A stretch of DNA of 64,000 nucleotides from Rebecca billardiae RCC1528. Its lineage: Eukaryota > Protista > Haptophyta. Below, piece after piece: positions 44,355 through 57,900 of the stretch. Each line of letters begins with the position of its first letter. Position 1 is the stretch's first letter. The stretch spans positions 1,178,001 to 1,242,000 of the forward strand of contig OZ251238.1 in NCBI GenBank assembly GCA_965240325.2. The letters run 5' to 3'. The notes beneath the pieces were generated by a model. That model did not search any database. It saw nothing but the letters and a program-made list of their open reading frames with translations, and was not told where the DNA came from. Both the position numbers and the translations under genes were made by a program.

Positions 44355-45879
44355 ATGCGCATGACGCGCTCTGCACTGCTTCTGCTTGCGATCACGCCGC
44401 GCTTGGTGCACGGCGCGTGCCCCGTGGCGAACTGCACCATCGACGTGTACTGCGTCGACGACAATCTGGCCGACGTCGGCGTCGGCTTCTACTCGCCCGC
44501 GGACGACTGCGATCGGTACGCATGCACTCTGCACCCTGCGTGCGCAGCGGGCTCGTGGGGGTTCTGCATCGACTCGACGACGGGGCACGCCTCGTCCGGC
44601 GGGGGCAGTGACAACTGCGATCACTTGTGCTCGCCCGGGGGGCACGTGATCAACTTCCAGTTCACGCACCCCATCATGTTCTGCAAGTACTGCCGCGAGG
44701 CGCTACAGGGCTACTACTCGCCGCCGAACATGACCGAGGAGTTCCTCTGCGAGAACGACCAGGGCCCGGGCGCGGACATTGACTATTCCGTGAAGGGCAA
44801 CTGCTGCCCAGACTGCCCCATCGTGTGCACCGACCCGGGCCCCAACGTCACCTGGAGTGAGGGCGACTCGTGCGCGCCACACCCCCCGCCGCAGCCGCCA
44901 AGCCCGCCACCAAGCCCGCCGCCGACCGCTACTCCGAGCCCGCCACCTTCGCCCCCACCCAGCCCACCGCCGCCGCAACCACCGCCATCGCCACCGCCAT
45001 CGCCGCCGCCATCGCCGCCGCCTTCGCCCCCGCCAGCTCCGCCACCCGAGCCCCCGCCCAACCCGCCGCCGAGCCCTCCACCACCGCAGCCACCGCCCAG
45101 CCCGCCGCCGGTGCTGCCTCCGTCGCCACCGCCGTCACCGCCACCGAGTCCACCTCCGAGCCCTCCGCCACCTGTGCCGCCACCAAGCCCACCACCGGGT
45201 GCACCGCCCAGCCCACCGCCATCGCCGCCCCCAAACGCGCCACCCTCACCTCCGCCCTCGCCACCACCCAGCCCGCCGCCGCCCTCGCCACCACCTAGCC
45301 CGCCACCTAGCCCGCCACCGTCACCGCCACCATCCCCGCCGCCGCATCCGCCGCCGAGCCCGCCACCATTACCGCCTCCACCGTCGCCGCCACCCAGCCC
45401 GCCGCCGAGCCCGCCACCGAGCCCGCCGCCAAGCCCGCCACCGCCGAGCCCACCACCGTCGCCGCCGCCAAGGCAACCGCCGAGCCCGCCGCCGTCCCCG
45501 CCGCCCGCATTGCCACCGAGTCCGCCGCCCAGCCCACCACCAATAGCGCCACCTGCCCCACCACCCAGCCCGCCGCCAAGCCCGCCGCCGAGCCCGCCGC
45601 CGCCGAGCCTGCCGCCGGCGCCACCGCCTAGTCCGCCACCGCGCCCACCACCATCACCGCCGCCGAGCCCGCCGCCGAACCCGCCGCCGCGACCGCCACC
45701 GGCACCGCCGCCCTCGCCACCGCCGAGCCCGCCGCCCCGGCCGCCGCCGAGCCCACCGCCGAGCCCGCCTCCACCGCTGCCGCCGCCATCGCCGCCCCCG
45801 AGTGCGCCACCCAGCCCGCCTCCCAGCCCACCGCCACCCGGCCCGCCGCCATCGCCACCACCGAGCCCACCACCGAGCT

Positions 45880-45910
<31 letters not shown>

Positions 45911-48900
45911 GAGACCGCCGCCGTCCCCGCCGCCGAGCCCACCGCCCGGCCAGCCACCGAACCCGCCACCGAGCCCACCACCGAGCCCGCCGCCAAGCCC
46001 GCCACCGCCGAGCCCGCCGCCGGCGCCACCGCCCAGCCCTCCGCCGAGCTCGCCACCGTCACCGCCACCTGCACCACCGCCACGCCCACCACCGAGTCCG
46101 CCACCAAGCCTGCCGCCTCCACGCCCACCACCGTCGCCGCCACCGTCGCCGCCACCCAGCATGCCGCCCAACCCGCCGCCAAGCCCACCACCAAGCCCGC
46201 CTCCGCCATCACCACCACCGTTGCCACCACCGAGCCCGCCGCCCAGCCCACCGCCCAGCCCACCGCCCAGCCCGCCACCGCGGCCGCCGCCGAGCCCACC
46301 GCCGAGCCCACCGCCACCCAGCCTGCCACCGTCGCCCCCGCCGAGCCCACCGCCGGGTCCTCCACCACGCCCACCGCCATCACCGCCACCCAGCCCGCCA
46401 CCGACTCCTCCGCCGTCACCACCACCAAGCACGCCACCGGCGCCGCCACCAATCCCGCCACCAAGCCCACCGCCCGGCGAGCCGCCGAACCCGCCACCGA
46501 GCCCACCACCGAGCCCACCGCCAAGCCCACCACCGCCAAGCCCGCCGCCGGCTCCACCGCCCAGCCCTCCGCCGAGCTCGCCACCGTCACCGCCGCCGGT
46601 GCCGCCACCAAGCCCGCCGCCAAGCCCACCGCCAAGCCCGCCGCCTCCAGGCCCGCCACCGTCCCCGCCGCCGTCGCTGCCACCCAGCCCACCGCCAAGT
46701 CCTCCGCCGTCACCACCGCCAACACCACCACCGCGCCCACCGCCGAGCCCACCTCCGCGCCCACCACCAAGCCCGCCGCCGTCACCACCGCCAGCCCCGC
46801 CACCATCACCGCCGCCGATCACACCACCAAGCCCGCCACCAAGCCCACCCCCGAGCCCGCCGCCGAGCCCGCCGCCCTCGCCGCCGCCCTCCCCACCGCC
46901 CTACCCACCGCCCTCGCCGCCACCACCAAGTCCGCCGCCCTCGCCGCCGCCGAGCCCACCGCCATCGCCGCCGCCCAGTCCGCCACCACCAGCACCGCCA
47001 CCGAGCCCGCCGCCGAATCCACCGCCTTTGCCACCGCCAAGTCCGCCCCCGTCCCCGCCGCCAAGCCCACCGCCTTCGCCTCCTCCAAGCCCGCCACCAC
47101 CGAGCTCGCCGCCAAGCCCACCCCCGAGCCCGCCTCCGAGTCCGCCGCCCTCGCCACCGCCGTCACCGCCGCCGTCGCCACCGCCGTCGCCTCCGCCCTC
47201 ACCGCCGCCGCCGTCACCGCCGCCGTCGCCGCCGCCGAGTCCGCCACCGTCACCGCCGCCGAGCCCGCCACCACCAAGCCCACCGCCCAGCCCGCCGCCC
47301 AGCCCGCCTCCAAGCCCGCCGCCAAGCCCGCCACCCTCGCCTCCGCCCTCGCCCCCGCCCTCGCCGCCGCCGTCACCAACACCGCCATCCTCACCGCCTT
47401 CGCCGCCGCCGAGCCCGCCGCCATCGCCGCCGCCGAGCCCACCGCCGGCACCCCCACCGTCACCGCCGCCATCGCCACCGCCGAGTCCACCGCCGCCATC
47501 GCCGCCACCGTCGCCGCCGCCAAGTCCACCACCGTCGCCGCCGCCCAGCCCGCCGCCCTCGCCGCCGCCCAGCCCGCCGCCCTCGCCACCTCCAAGCCCG
47601 CCGCCGCCAAGCCAGCCGCCAAGCCCGCCGCCGAGCCCACCCCCGAGCCCGCCGCCGAGCCCGCCGCCCTCGCCACCGCCTTTGCCGCCGCCCTCTCCGC
47701 CGCCCTCGCCGCCGCCACCGTCACCACCACCGTCGCCACCACCGAGCCCGCCGCCGTCTCCGCCACCGAGCCCACCACCATCACCTCCACCGTCACCGCC
47801 GCCATCGCCACCGCCGAGCCCACCGCCACCCTCGCCGCCACCCTCGCCGCCACCAAGTCCACCACCCTCGCCGCCACCGAGCCCACCACCCTCGCCGCCG
47901 CCGAGCCCGCCGCCCTCGCCACCGCCAAGCCCGCCGCCGCCGAGCCCGCCGCCGAGCCCACCGCCCAGCCCGCCGCCCAGCCCGCCGCCCTCGCCGCCGC
48001 CCTCACCGCCGCCCTCACAGCCGCCCTCGCCGCCGCCTTCACCGCCACCACCAAGTCCGCCGCCGTCGCCACCGCCAAGCCCGCCACCGTCACCGCCGCC
48101 AAGCCCGCCGCAACCGAGCCCTCCGCCAAGCCCGCCACCCAGCCCCCCTCCACGCCCGCCACCGAGCCCGCCGCCCTCGCCGCCGCCCTCGCCGCCTCCC
48201 TCACCCCCGCCCTCGCCCCCGCCACCGTCACCGCCGCCCTCGCCGCCGCCGAGCCCCCCGCCGTGTCCGCCACCGAGCCCACCACCATCACCGCCCCCGA
48301 GCCCGCCGCCCTCGCCACCTCCGAGCCCCCCGCCACCATCATCTCCACCCTCGCCGCCGCCCAGCCCGCCACCGTCGCCGCCGCCAAGCCCGCCGCCATC
48401 GCCACCGCCGAGCCCGCCGCCATCGCCACCGCCGAGCCCGCCACAGCCGAGCCCGCCGCCGAGCCCGCCGCCGAGCCCTCCGCCGAGCCCGCCGCCCTCG
48501 CCACCACCGTTCCCGCCGCCGAGCCCGCCACCCTCGCCGCCGCCCTCGCCACCGCCGCCATCGCCCCCGCCGAGCCCACCACCCTCACACCCGCCGAGCC
48601 CGCCACCAAGCCCGCCACCATCGCAGCCGCCGAGCCCGCCACCGTCGCCGCCACCAAGCCCGCCGCCGCCGAGCCCACCACCATCGCCACCGCCCAGCCC
48701 TCCGCCGTCGCCCCCTCCAAGCCCGCCACCGCCAAGCCCACCGCCAAGCCCACCGCCGAGCCCGCCTCCCAGTCCACCGCCCTCGCCGCCGCCCTCGCCA
48801 CCGCCCTCGCCTCCACCATCGCCCCCGCCGTCGCCGCCGCCGCCAAGCCCACCTCCCTCGCCGCCGCCAAGCCCACCGCCGTCGCCGCCGCCAAGCCCGC

Positions 48901-51900
48901 CGCCGCCGAGCCCCCCACCGAGCCCACCACCCAGCCCGCCGCCGAGCCCGCCGCCCTTGCCACCGCCCTCGCCGCCGCCCGCACCGCCGCCCTCACCGCC
49001 GCCCTCGCCCCCGCCACCAAGCCCGCCGCCCTCGCCACCGCCGAGCCCGCCACCGTCACCGCCGCCAAGCCCGCCGCCGCCGAGCCCGCCACCATCGCCA
49101 CCGCCGAGCCCACCACCGAGCCCGCCACCGATCTCGCCGCCGTCACCACCACCCTCGCCACCGCCGTCCCCGCCACCGAGCCCGCCGCCCCCAAGACCTC
49201 CGCCAAGCCCACCTCCAAGCCCGCCGCCCAGCCCACCCCCGTCGCCGCCGCCGCCGTCGCCACCCCCGTCGCCGCCGCCGAGCCCACCGCCGAGCCCACC
49301 ACCAAGACCACCGCCATCGCCGCCACCGAGCCCACCGCCAAGCCCACCCCCGAGCCCTCCGCCACCCAGCCTGCCACCAAACCCACCGCCTCCCAGTCCA
49401 CCACCATCGCCACCGCCGTCACCGCCTCCCAGCCCACCGCCCTCGCCACCGCCAAGTCCACCGCCAAGCCCACCGCCCAGTCCACCTCCATCGCCGCCCC
49501 CTCCGAGTCATCCGCCCTCGCCCCCCCCCTCGCCGCCGCCGAGCCCGCCACCGAGCCCGCCGCCGAGCCCACCGCCAAGCCCGCCGCCGAGCCCGCCGCC
49601 ATCGCCTCCGCCCAGCCCACCTCCGTCCCCGCCACCAAGGCCCCCGCCCAGCCCACCTCCACCGACCCCGCCTCCGTCTCCACCGCCGTCGCCGCCACCG
49701 AGCCCACCGCCATCTCCGCCACCAAGCCCGCCACCGAGCCCACCACCCTCGCCTCCGCCTAGCCCACCGCCGCCAAGCCCACCGCCCAGCCCGCCGCCCT
49801 CGCCACCCCCCTCGCCACCGCCCTCGCCGCCACCGAGCCCCCCACCGTCCCCGCCGCCCAACCCGCCGCCCAGTCCGCCGCCTGGTGCGCCACCCAGCCC
49901 ACCACCGTCGCCGCCGCCGTCGCCGCCACCGCCATCGCCGCCCCCCAGCCCACCGCCAAGCCCGCCGCCGAGCCCGCCGCCAAGCCCACCGCCAAGCCCG
50001 CCTCCAAGCCCACCACCCTCGCCCCCACCGAGCCCACCGCCACCGAGCCCACCGCCGATCCCGCCGCCATCACCGCCGCCGAGTCCGCCACCTTCGCCAC
50101 CACCAAGCCCGCCGCCAAGCCCGCCGCCCTCGCCGCCACCCTCGCCACCGCCAAGTCCGCCTCCAAGCCCACCGCCCTCGCCACCGCCCAGCCCACCGCC
50201 GCCCAGCCCGCCGCCCAGCCCGCCACCCTTGCCACCGCCCTCGCCACCGCCCTCGCCGCCACCAAGCCCACCGCCGAGCCCGCCACCGAGCCCGCCACCA
50301 TCGCCACCACCGTCGCCGCCACCAAGCCCTCCACCCTCACCGCCGCCATCGCCCCCACCGCCATCGCCCCCGCCGAGCCCGCCACCCTCGCCACCACCGA
50401 GCCCACCACCGAGCCCGCCACCATTGCCACCACCGGGCCCGCCTCCATCGCCGCCACCGAGCCCACCGCCGAGCCAGCCGCCGTCACCACCACCATCGCC
50501 GCCACCAAGCCCGCCGCCGCCAAGCCCGCCACCGTCACCGCCGCCATCACCACCACCGAGGCCACCACCATCGCCGCCGCCGAGCCCACCGCCAAGCCCT
50601 CCGCCCTCGCCTCCGCCGAGCCCGCCACCACCAAGTCCACCGCCGAGCCCACCGCCCTCACCTCCGCCCTCGCCTCCACCATCACCGCCACCTAGCCCGC
50701 CACCGGGCCCTCCGCCAAGCCCGCCGCCGAGCCCACCACCGTCACCGCCGCCATCACCACCACCGAGCCCACCACCGCCGTCGCCACCGCCGTCACCACC
50801 GCCATCGCCGCCGCCCAGCCCACCGCCGTCACCACCTCCGAGTCCGCCGCCAAGCCCACCACCATCGCCGCCGCCCAGTCCGCCGCCGCCAAGCCCGCCG
50901 CCAAGCCCGCCGCCCTCACCACCGCCCTCAACACCGCCTACGCCGCCACCGAGCCCACCCCCGAGCCAGCCACCAAGCCCACCGCCATCGCCACCACCGT
51001 CTCCGCCACCGAGCCCCCCACCCTCGCCGCCACCATCACCGCCACCTAGCCCGCCACCGGGCCCTCCGCCAAGCCCGCCGCCGAGCCCACCACCGTCACC
51101 GCCGCCGAACCCGCCTCCTTCACCGCCGCCGTCGCCTCCACCGCCTTCGCCACCCCCGAGCCCGCCCCCGTCGCCACCGCCCGGCCCGCCGCCAAGCCCG
51201 CCGCCAACGCCACCACCGAGCCCGCCTCCGTCGCCGCCACCGAGCCCGCCACCGGGCCCTCCGCCAAGCCCGCCGCCGAGACCACCACCGTCACCGCCGC
51301 CGAACCCGCCTCCTTCACCGCCGCCGTCGCCACCACCGCCTTCGCCACCCCCGAGCCCGCCCCCGTCGCCACCGCCTAGCCCGCCGCCAAGCCCGCCACC
51401 ATTGCCACCACCGGGCCCGCCTCCGTCGCCGCCACCGAGCCCGCCACCCAGCCCGCCGCCGTCACCGCCGCCATCACCACCACCGAGCCCACCACCGCCG
51501 TCGCCACCGCCGTCACCACCGCCATCGCCGCCGCCCAGCCCACCGCCGTCACCACCTCCGAGTCCGCCGCCAAGCCCACCACCATCGCCGCCGCCCAGTC
51601 CGCCGCCGCCAAGCCCGCCGCCAAGCCCGCCGCCCTCACCACCGCCCTCAACACCGCCTACGCCGCCACCGAGCCCACCCCCGAGCCCGCCACCAAGCCC
51701 AACGCCATCGCCACCACCGTCTCCGCCACCGAGCCCTCCACCCTCGCCGCCCCCGTCGCCCCCACCGCCGTCGCCCCCACCGAGCCCGCCACCGTCGCCA
51801 CCGCCCAGTCCGCCGCCTAGCCCGCCGCCCAGCCCGCCACCGTCACCACCGCCCTCCCCGCCCCCGAGCCCACCGCCGAGTTCGCCGCCGTCGCCGCCAC

Positions 51901-54900
51901 CTTCACCGCCACCGAGCCCGCCGCCACCGAGCCCACCACCTTCACCGCCACCATCGCCGCCGCCGAGCCCGCCACCATCACCGCCACCCAGTCCACCGCC
52001 GAGCCCGCCGCCCTCGCCACCACCGAGCCCGCCGCCACCAAGCCCACCGCCGAGCCCGCCGCCATCACCACCACCCAGCCCGCCACCCAGCCCGCCACCG
52101 TCGCCGCCACCAAGCCCGCCTCCGTCTCCCCCGCCGTCGCCGCCACCGCCATCGCTACCACCGAGTCCGCCACCGTCGCCGCCGCCCAGCCCGCCGCCCA
52201 GCCCACCACCGTCGCCGCCGCCCAGCCAACCGCCCTTCCCGCCCCCGAGCCCACCGCCGAGCCCACCACCGTCGCCGCCACCATCGCCGCCACCGAGCCC
52301 GCCGCCGCCGAGCCCACCTCCATCACCACCGCCATCGCCGCCGCCGAGCCTACCACCGTCGCCGCCACCCAGTCCACCGCCGAGCCCACCGCCATCGCCA
52401 CCGCCGTCACCACCGCCACCAAGCCCACCGCCGAGTCCGCCGCCCTCATCACCGCCATCGCCACCACCGTCACCACCGCCGAGCCCGCCGCCGTCACCAC
52501 CACCCAACCAGCCACCAAGCCCGCCACCATCTCCGCCACCGAGCCAGCCTCCGTCGCCACCACCATCGCCGCCACCGCCATCGCCGCCGCCGAGCCCACC
52601 ACCGTCGGCACCGCCCTCCCCGCCTCCGAGCCCGCCGCCGAGCCCGCCGCCATCGCCACCGCCCTCCCCACCGCCGAGCCCGCCGCCACCAAGCCCACCC
52701 CCGTCACCACCGCCGTCACCGCCGCCGAGCCCGCCTCCATCACCGCCACCAAGTCCACCACCAAGTCCACCGCCGTCGCCACCGCCGAGCCCACCGCCAC
52801 CGAGCCCGCCGCCCTCACCACCGCCATCGCCACCGCCCTCACCACCGCCGAGCCCGCCGCCGTTACCACCACCCAGCCCGCCACCAAGCCCGCCACCATC
52901 TCCGCCACCGAGCCAGCCTCCGTCGCCACCACCATCGCCGCCACCGCCATCGCCGCCGCCGAGCCCACCACCGTCGGCACCGCCCTCCCCGCCTCCGAGC
53001 CCGCCGCCGAGCCCGCCGCCATCGCCACCGCCCTCCCCACCGCCGAGCCCGCCGCCACCAAGCCCACCCCCGTCACCACCGCCGTCACCGCCGCCGAGCC
53101 CGCCTCCATCACCGCCACCAAGTCCACCACCAAGTCCACCGCCGTCGCCACCGCCGAGCCCACCGCCACCAAGCCCGCCACCGAGCCCGCCGCCCTCGCC
53201 ACCGCCGTCACCACCGCCCTCCCCACCGCCGAGCCCGCCACCGAGGCCCCCGCCATCGCCACCACCGTCGCCGCCGCCGAGCCCGCCACCACCGAGCCCG
53301 CCGCCATCACCACCGCCGTCACTGCCGCCGAGCCCGCCACCATCGCCGCCACCAAGTCCACCGCCAAGCCCACCGCCCTCGCCACCGCCGTCACCACCGC
53401 CACCAAGCCCGCCGCCGAGTCCGCCGCCCTCGCCACCGCCATCGCCACCACCGTCGCCACCGCCGAGCCGGCCACCCTCACCACCACCCAGCCCGCCGCC
53501 AAGCCCGCCACCATCGCCACCACCGAGCCCGCCTCCGTCGCCCCCGCCATCGCCGCCACCGCCTTCGCCGCCGCCGAGCCCGCCGCCACCGAGCCCACCA
53601 CCATCACCATTGCCATCGCCGCCACCAAGCCCACCACCATCACCGCCACCAAGTCCATCACCAAGCCCACCGCCATCGCCACCACCAAGCCCACCGCCAC
53701 CAAGTCCACCGCCGAGCCCGCCGCCGTCGCCGCCACCATCGCCGCCACCGAGCCCGCCGCCGCAGAGCCCGCCGCTATCACCACCGCCATCGCCGCTGCC
53801 CAGCCCGCCGCCCTCGCCGCCGCCGTCACCACCGCCCCCAAGCCCGCCGTCGCAGAACACGCCATCGCCTTCACCCTCACCGCCACCGCCACCAACGGCG
53901 CCGCCCTCTGCATCATCGCCACTGCCCTCGCCGCCGCCCAGCCCCCTGCCAGCAAGCCCATCCCTGAGCCCTCCGCCGTTGCCGCCGACGAGCCCACTGC
54001 AGCCATCTGTGCCACCAGCGCCGCCGCCTAGCCCACAGCCGTCTGCACCGCCAGCACCAGCACCGCCGACGTCGCCTCCACCACCGGCGCTGCCTCCATC
54101 GCTGCCACCGAGCCCATTGCCAGCTCCACCGCCATTGCCGCCAGCAATGCCGCCACCGCCGCCGCGTGCAACGCCGTTCCCGCCACCATCACCACCCAGC
54201 CCGCCGCCATTTCCGCCGCCACCCTTCCTACAGCCGCTACCGCCACCCCTACCACCACCACGCACACCGCCATCACCGCCATCGGCGTCGCCACCGCCTC
54301 CACCACCCAGCCCGCCACCGATCCCACCACCATCGCCGCCACCGCGCCCTCCAACGCCACCACCAGCCTCAGCGCCGCCACAGAGACCACCACCAAGCAC
54401 ATCGTCTCCGAGCACGCTGCCATCGCCACCGCCGTCACCGCCGCCAGGCCCACCTCCGCTTTCCCCGCCCTCTCAACCATCGCCCTTCCATCCACCACCC
54501 CAAGAGCCCCCGTCGTCTCCGCCATCGCTGCCGCCCAGCTCACCCCCGTTGCCGCCACCTCCACCATCGATGCCGCCGCTGCCTCCGCCGCCACCACGTG
54601 CTGAGCCATACCCACCGCCCGCGCCACCGGGCATGCCGCCTGGCGCGCCGCCTAGCCCACCGCCACGACTGCCACCAGCCCCACCGCCCAGCCCGCCGCC
54701 AAGCCCGCCGCCCGCACAGCCACCCAACCCGCCGCCCGGCCGGCCACCCTGGTCGCCACCGTCGCCTCCGCCGTCCTTGCTGCCGTCGCCGCCCGCGTCA
54801 CCGTTGTCACCACCGCCAAAGCCCCCACCGCTCCCACCACACAGCCCACCTACCGCCGGCCTCCCGCCAGCAGTCCCACCCTTCCAGCCGGCTCCTCCCG

Positions 54901-57900
54901 TCTCTCCTGGCCTGCCACCAAGCATGCCGCCCCCGAGCCGATCGCCCCGCCTTCCGCCATCGCCGCAGTCCCCGCCACCATCGCAGCCGCCCTTTCCACC
55001 ACCGTCGCCGCCTCCGCCGTCGACACCACCGCTGCCTCCGCCGCCGCCGCGCGCCGAGCCATTCCCCCCACCCTCGACGCGGAGCCCTCCGTCCAGGCCG
55101 CCACCCAGCCCACTGCTGCCATCCCCGAGTCCGCCCCCGCAGCTGCCGCCCAGCTTGCCCGCGCCGACGCAGTTTGTGCTCCGGCTCAACACAAGCGCGC
55201 ACGGCTTTGGCGCACTGAACGCGTCGGTGCTCGAGGCGCTGGCGGCGGAACTCGGCGTGGACGTCGATCGCCTGAGCGTGCGCGGGACGAGCATAGGCGC
55301 CGACGGCTTGCTCAGCGTAGTGCTCGCACTGACCACGGCTGCCGACGAGACACCCGTGCAGCCCGTGCCGGCGCTCAGTCCAAGCGGTGCGGATGGGTCG
55401 GCGGCGAGCCTGCAGCAGCTCTCTGCACGGCTGGGAGTGCCGGTGGCGGAGGTGACGCACGCGCAGGACCCGCCGCCACCCCCGCACCCGCCAAGGCCAA
55501 GACCTCCTCCCAGCCCGCCCCCGCCGCCTCTGCCACCTTCGCCGCCTCCAGCTGGCGGCGGCAGCACCCACCAGTACCTCTCACTCACGCTGAGCGTGAC
55601 CGAGGCCGAGTTTGGTGAGCTCAGCGACGAGGTGCGCGCGGCCATCGCTGCCGAGCTCGGCGTACACCCAACGCGCGTGCGTGTCGAGTCTGCGCGGCCA
55701 AGTGCGGACGGCACGCTCATCGCGGTGTTCAGGCTGACGACAGCGCCGCTGCTGGACGAGGTGCCCGTGGCCGACCCGGTGGGCGCGCTCACGCCCGGCG
55801 CGACTGCCGGGTCAGCCGCCAGCTTGGATGAGCTGTCGGCGCGGCTGGGCGTCTCCGTGGTCGCACCGCCGCACGCGCACGTGCCACCGTCGCCGCCGCC
55901 CGCCCCACCGTCGCCGCCGTCGCTGCCACCATCCCCACCGGCGACGCCGTCCCCACCACCCCGACCGCCATCGCCACCGTCGCCACCGCCGCTGTCTGAT
56001 GGCACGGTGCAGCACGTCGCGCTGACGGTGAACGTGACGAGCGCAGAGTTTGACGGCGCAACGGACAGTGTGCTTGGTGCGCTGGCCTCAAAGCTGGGCG
56101 TGCGGCGCAGTCGGCTGCGCGTCCAGTCGACGGCGGCCACGGATGACGGGCTGCTCGGCGTGGTGATCACGCTGCACACGGACGGCGCGGCGGGCGAGGC
56201 GGACGTGGACGTGATGCCCATGCTATCGCCGGGCGCCACGCCTGCGTCGCCAGCCGAGCTGGCGGAGCTCTCGCGCGCTTTGGGCGTGCCTGTGGTCGAG
56301 CCCGCCAGGGCGCACATGCCGCCATCGCCACCGCCTTCGCCGCCATCGCCACCGCCGCCGCCACCATCGCCGTTGCTGCTGCCACCGCCGCCGCCACCGC
56401 CCTCGCCATCGCCACCGCCGGACTTTGACGCGGAGACATACGCGCTGCTGGTCCTCGACATGTCCGCGGAAGCGTTTGCGCCACTATCAGCGCGCACAGC
56501 TGAGCGCGTGGCTGCAATGCTGGGCGTGAACGTGTCGCGCGTGACGGTTGAAGCTGTGTTTGCGGATGACGGCGTTGGTGGCGATGGGCTGCTCCGTGTG
56601 GTGGTGAAGCTGACCACCGACATGTCTGCCGGAGAGGCGGGTGTCGATGCCCACTCGCTGCTAACACCCGGCGCGACGCCGTCGTCCCCGGAGAGCCTGG
56701 GCGCGCTGTCGGCCGCGCTGGGCGTACCAGTCAGCGCGGTGCCGAGCGCGCACGTCCCGCCTTCTGCGCCGCCTGCCGCGCCGTCAGCGCCCCCACACCC
56801 GCCGCCCAACCACCTGCGCGAGCAGTACGTGACGCTGCTGCTCGACACGTCGGCTGCCGGTTTCGCATCGGCGCAGGCTGGTGTGCTGGCGGCGATCGCG
56901 GCGCAGCTGGGTGTGAGCGCTGCGCGCGTGAGCGTGGAGACGACGTCCAACGTGGACGGTGGCCTGGCGGTGGTGATCAAGGTGGCGATGGACGCCATGG
57001 ACGCCGGAGTCGGCGTGGACGTCATGAGCGCACTCGCGCCTGGCGCCACAAGTGAAGCACCATCGAGCTTGGCCGAGCTGTCAGCCATGCTGGGCGTGGA
57101 CGTGCTCGGCATGCCGACGGCCCACGTCCCACCTTCAGCACCGCCCCTGCCGCCTCTGCCACCTTCGCCGCCTCCAGCTGGCGGCGGCAGCACCCACCAG
57201 TACCTCTCGCTCACGCTGGGTGTGACCGAGGCCGAGTTTGGTGAGCTCAGCGACGAGGTGCGCGCGGCCATCGCTGCCGAGCTCGGCGTACACCCAACGC
57301 GCGTGCGTGTCGAGTCTGCGCGGCCAAGTGCGGACGGCACGCTCATCGCGGTGTTCAGGCTGACGACAGCGCCGCTGCTGGACGAGGTGCCCGTGGCCGA
57401 CCCGGTGGGCGCGCTCACGCCCGGCGCGACTGCCGGGTCAGTCGCCAGCTTGGACGAGCTGTCGGCGCGGCTGGGCGTCTCCGTGGTCGCACCGCCGCAC
57501 GCGCACGTGCCACCGTCGCCGCCGCCCGCCCCACCGTCGCCGCCGTCGCTGCCACCATCCCCACCGGCGACGCCGTCCCCACCGCCCCGACCGCCATCGC
57601 CGCCATCGCCACCGCCGCTGTCTGATGGCACGGTGCAGCACGTCGCGCTGACGGTGAACGTGACGAGCGCAGAGTTTGACGGCGCAACGGACAGTGTGCT
57701 TGGTGCGCTGGCCTCAAAGCTGGGCGTGCGGCGCAGTCGGCTGCGCGTCCAGTCGACGGCGGCCACGGATGACGGGCTGCTCGGCGTGGTGATCACGCTG
57801 CACACGGACGGCGCGGCGGGTGAGGCGGACGTGGACGTGATGTCGATGCTATCGCCGGGCGCCACGCCTGCGTCGCCAGCCGAGCTGGCGGAGCTCTCGC

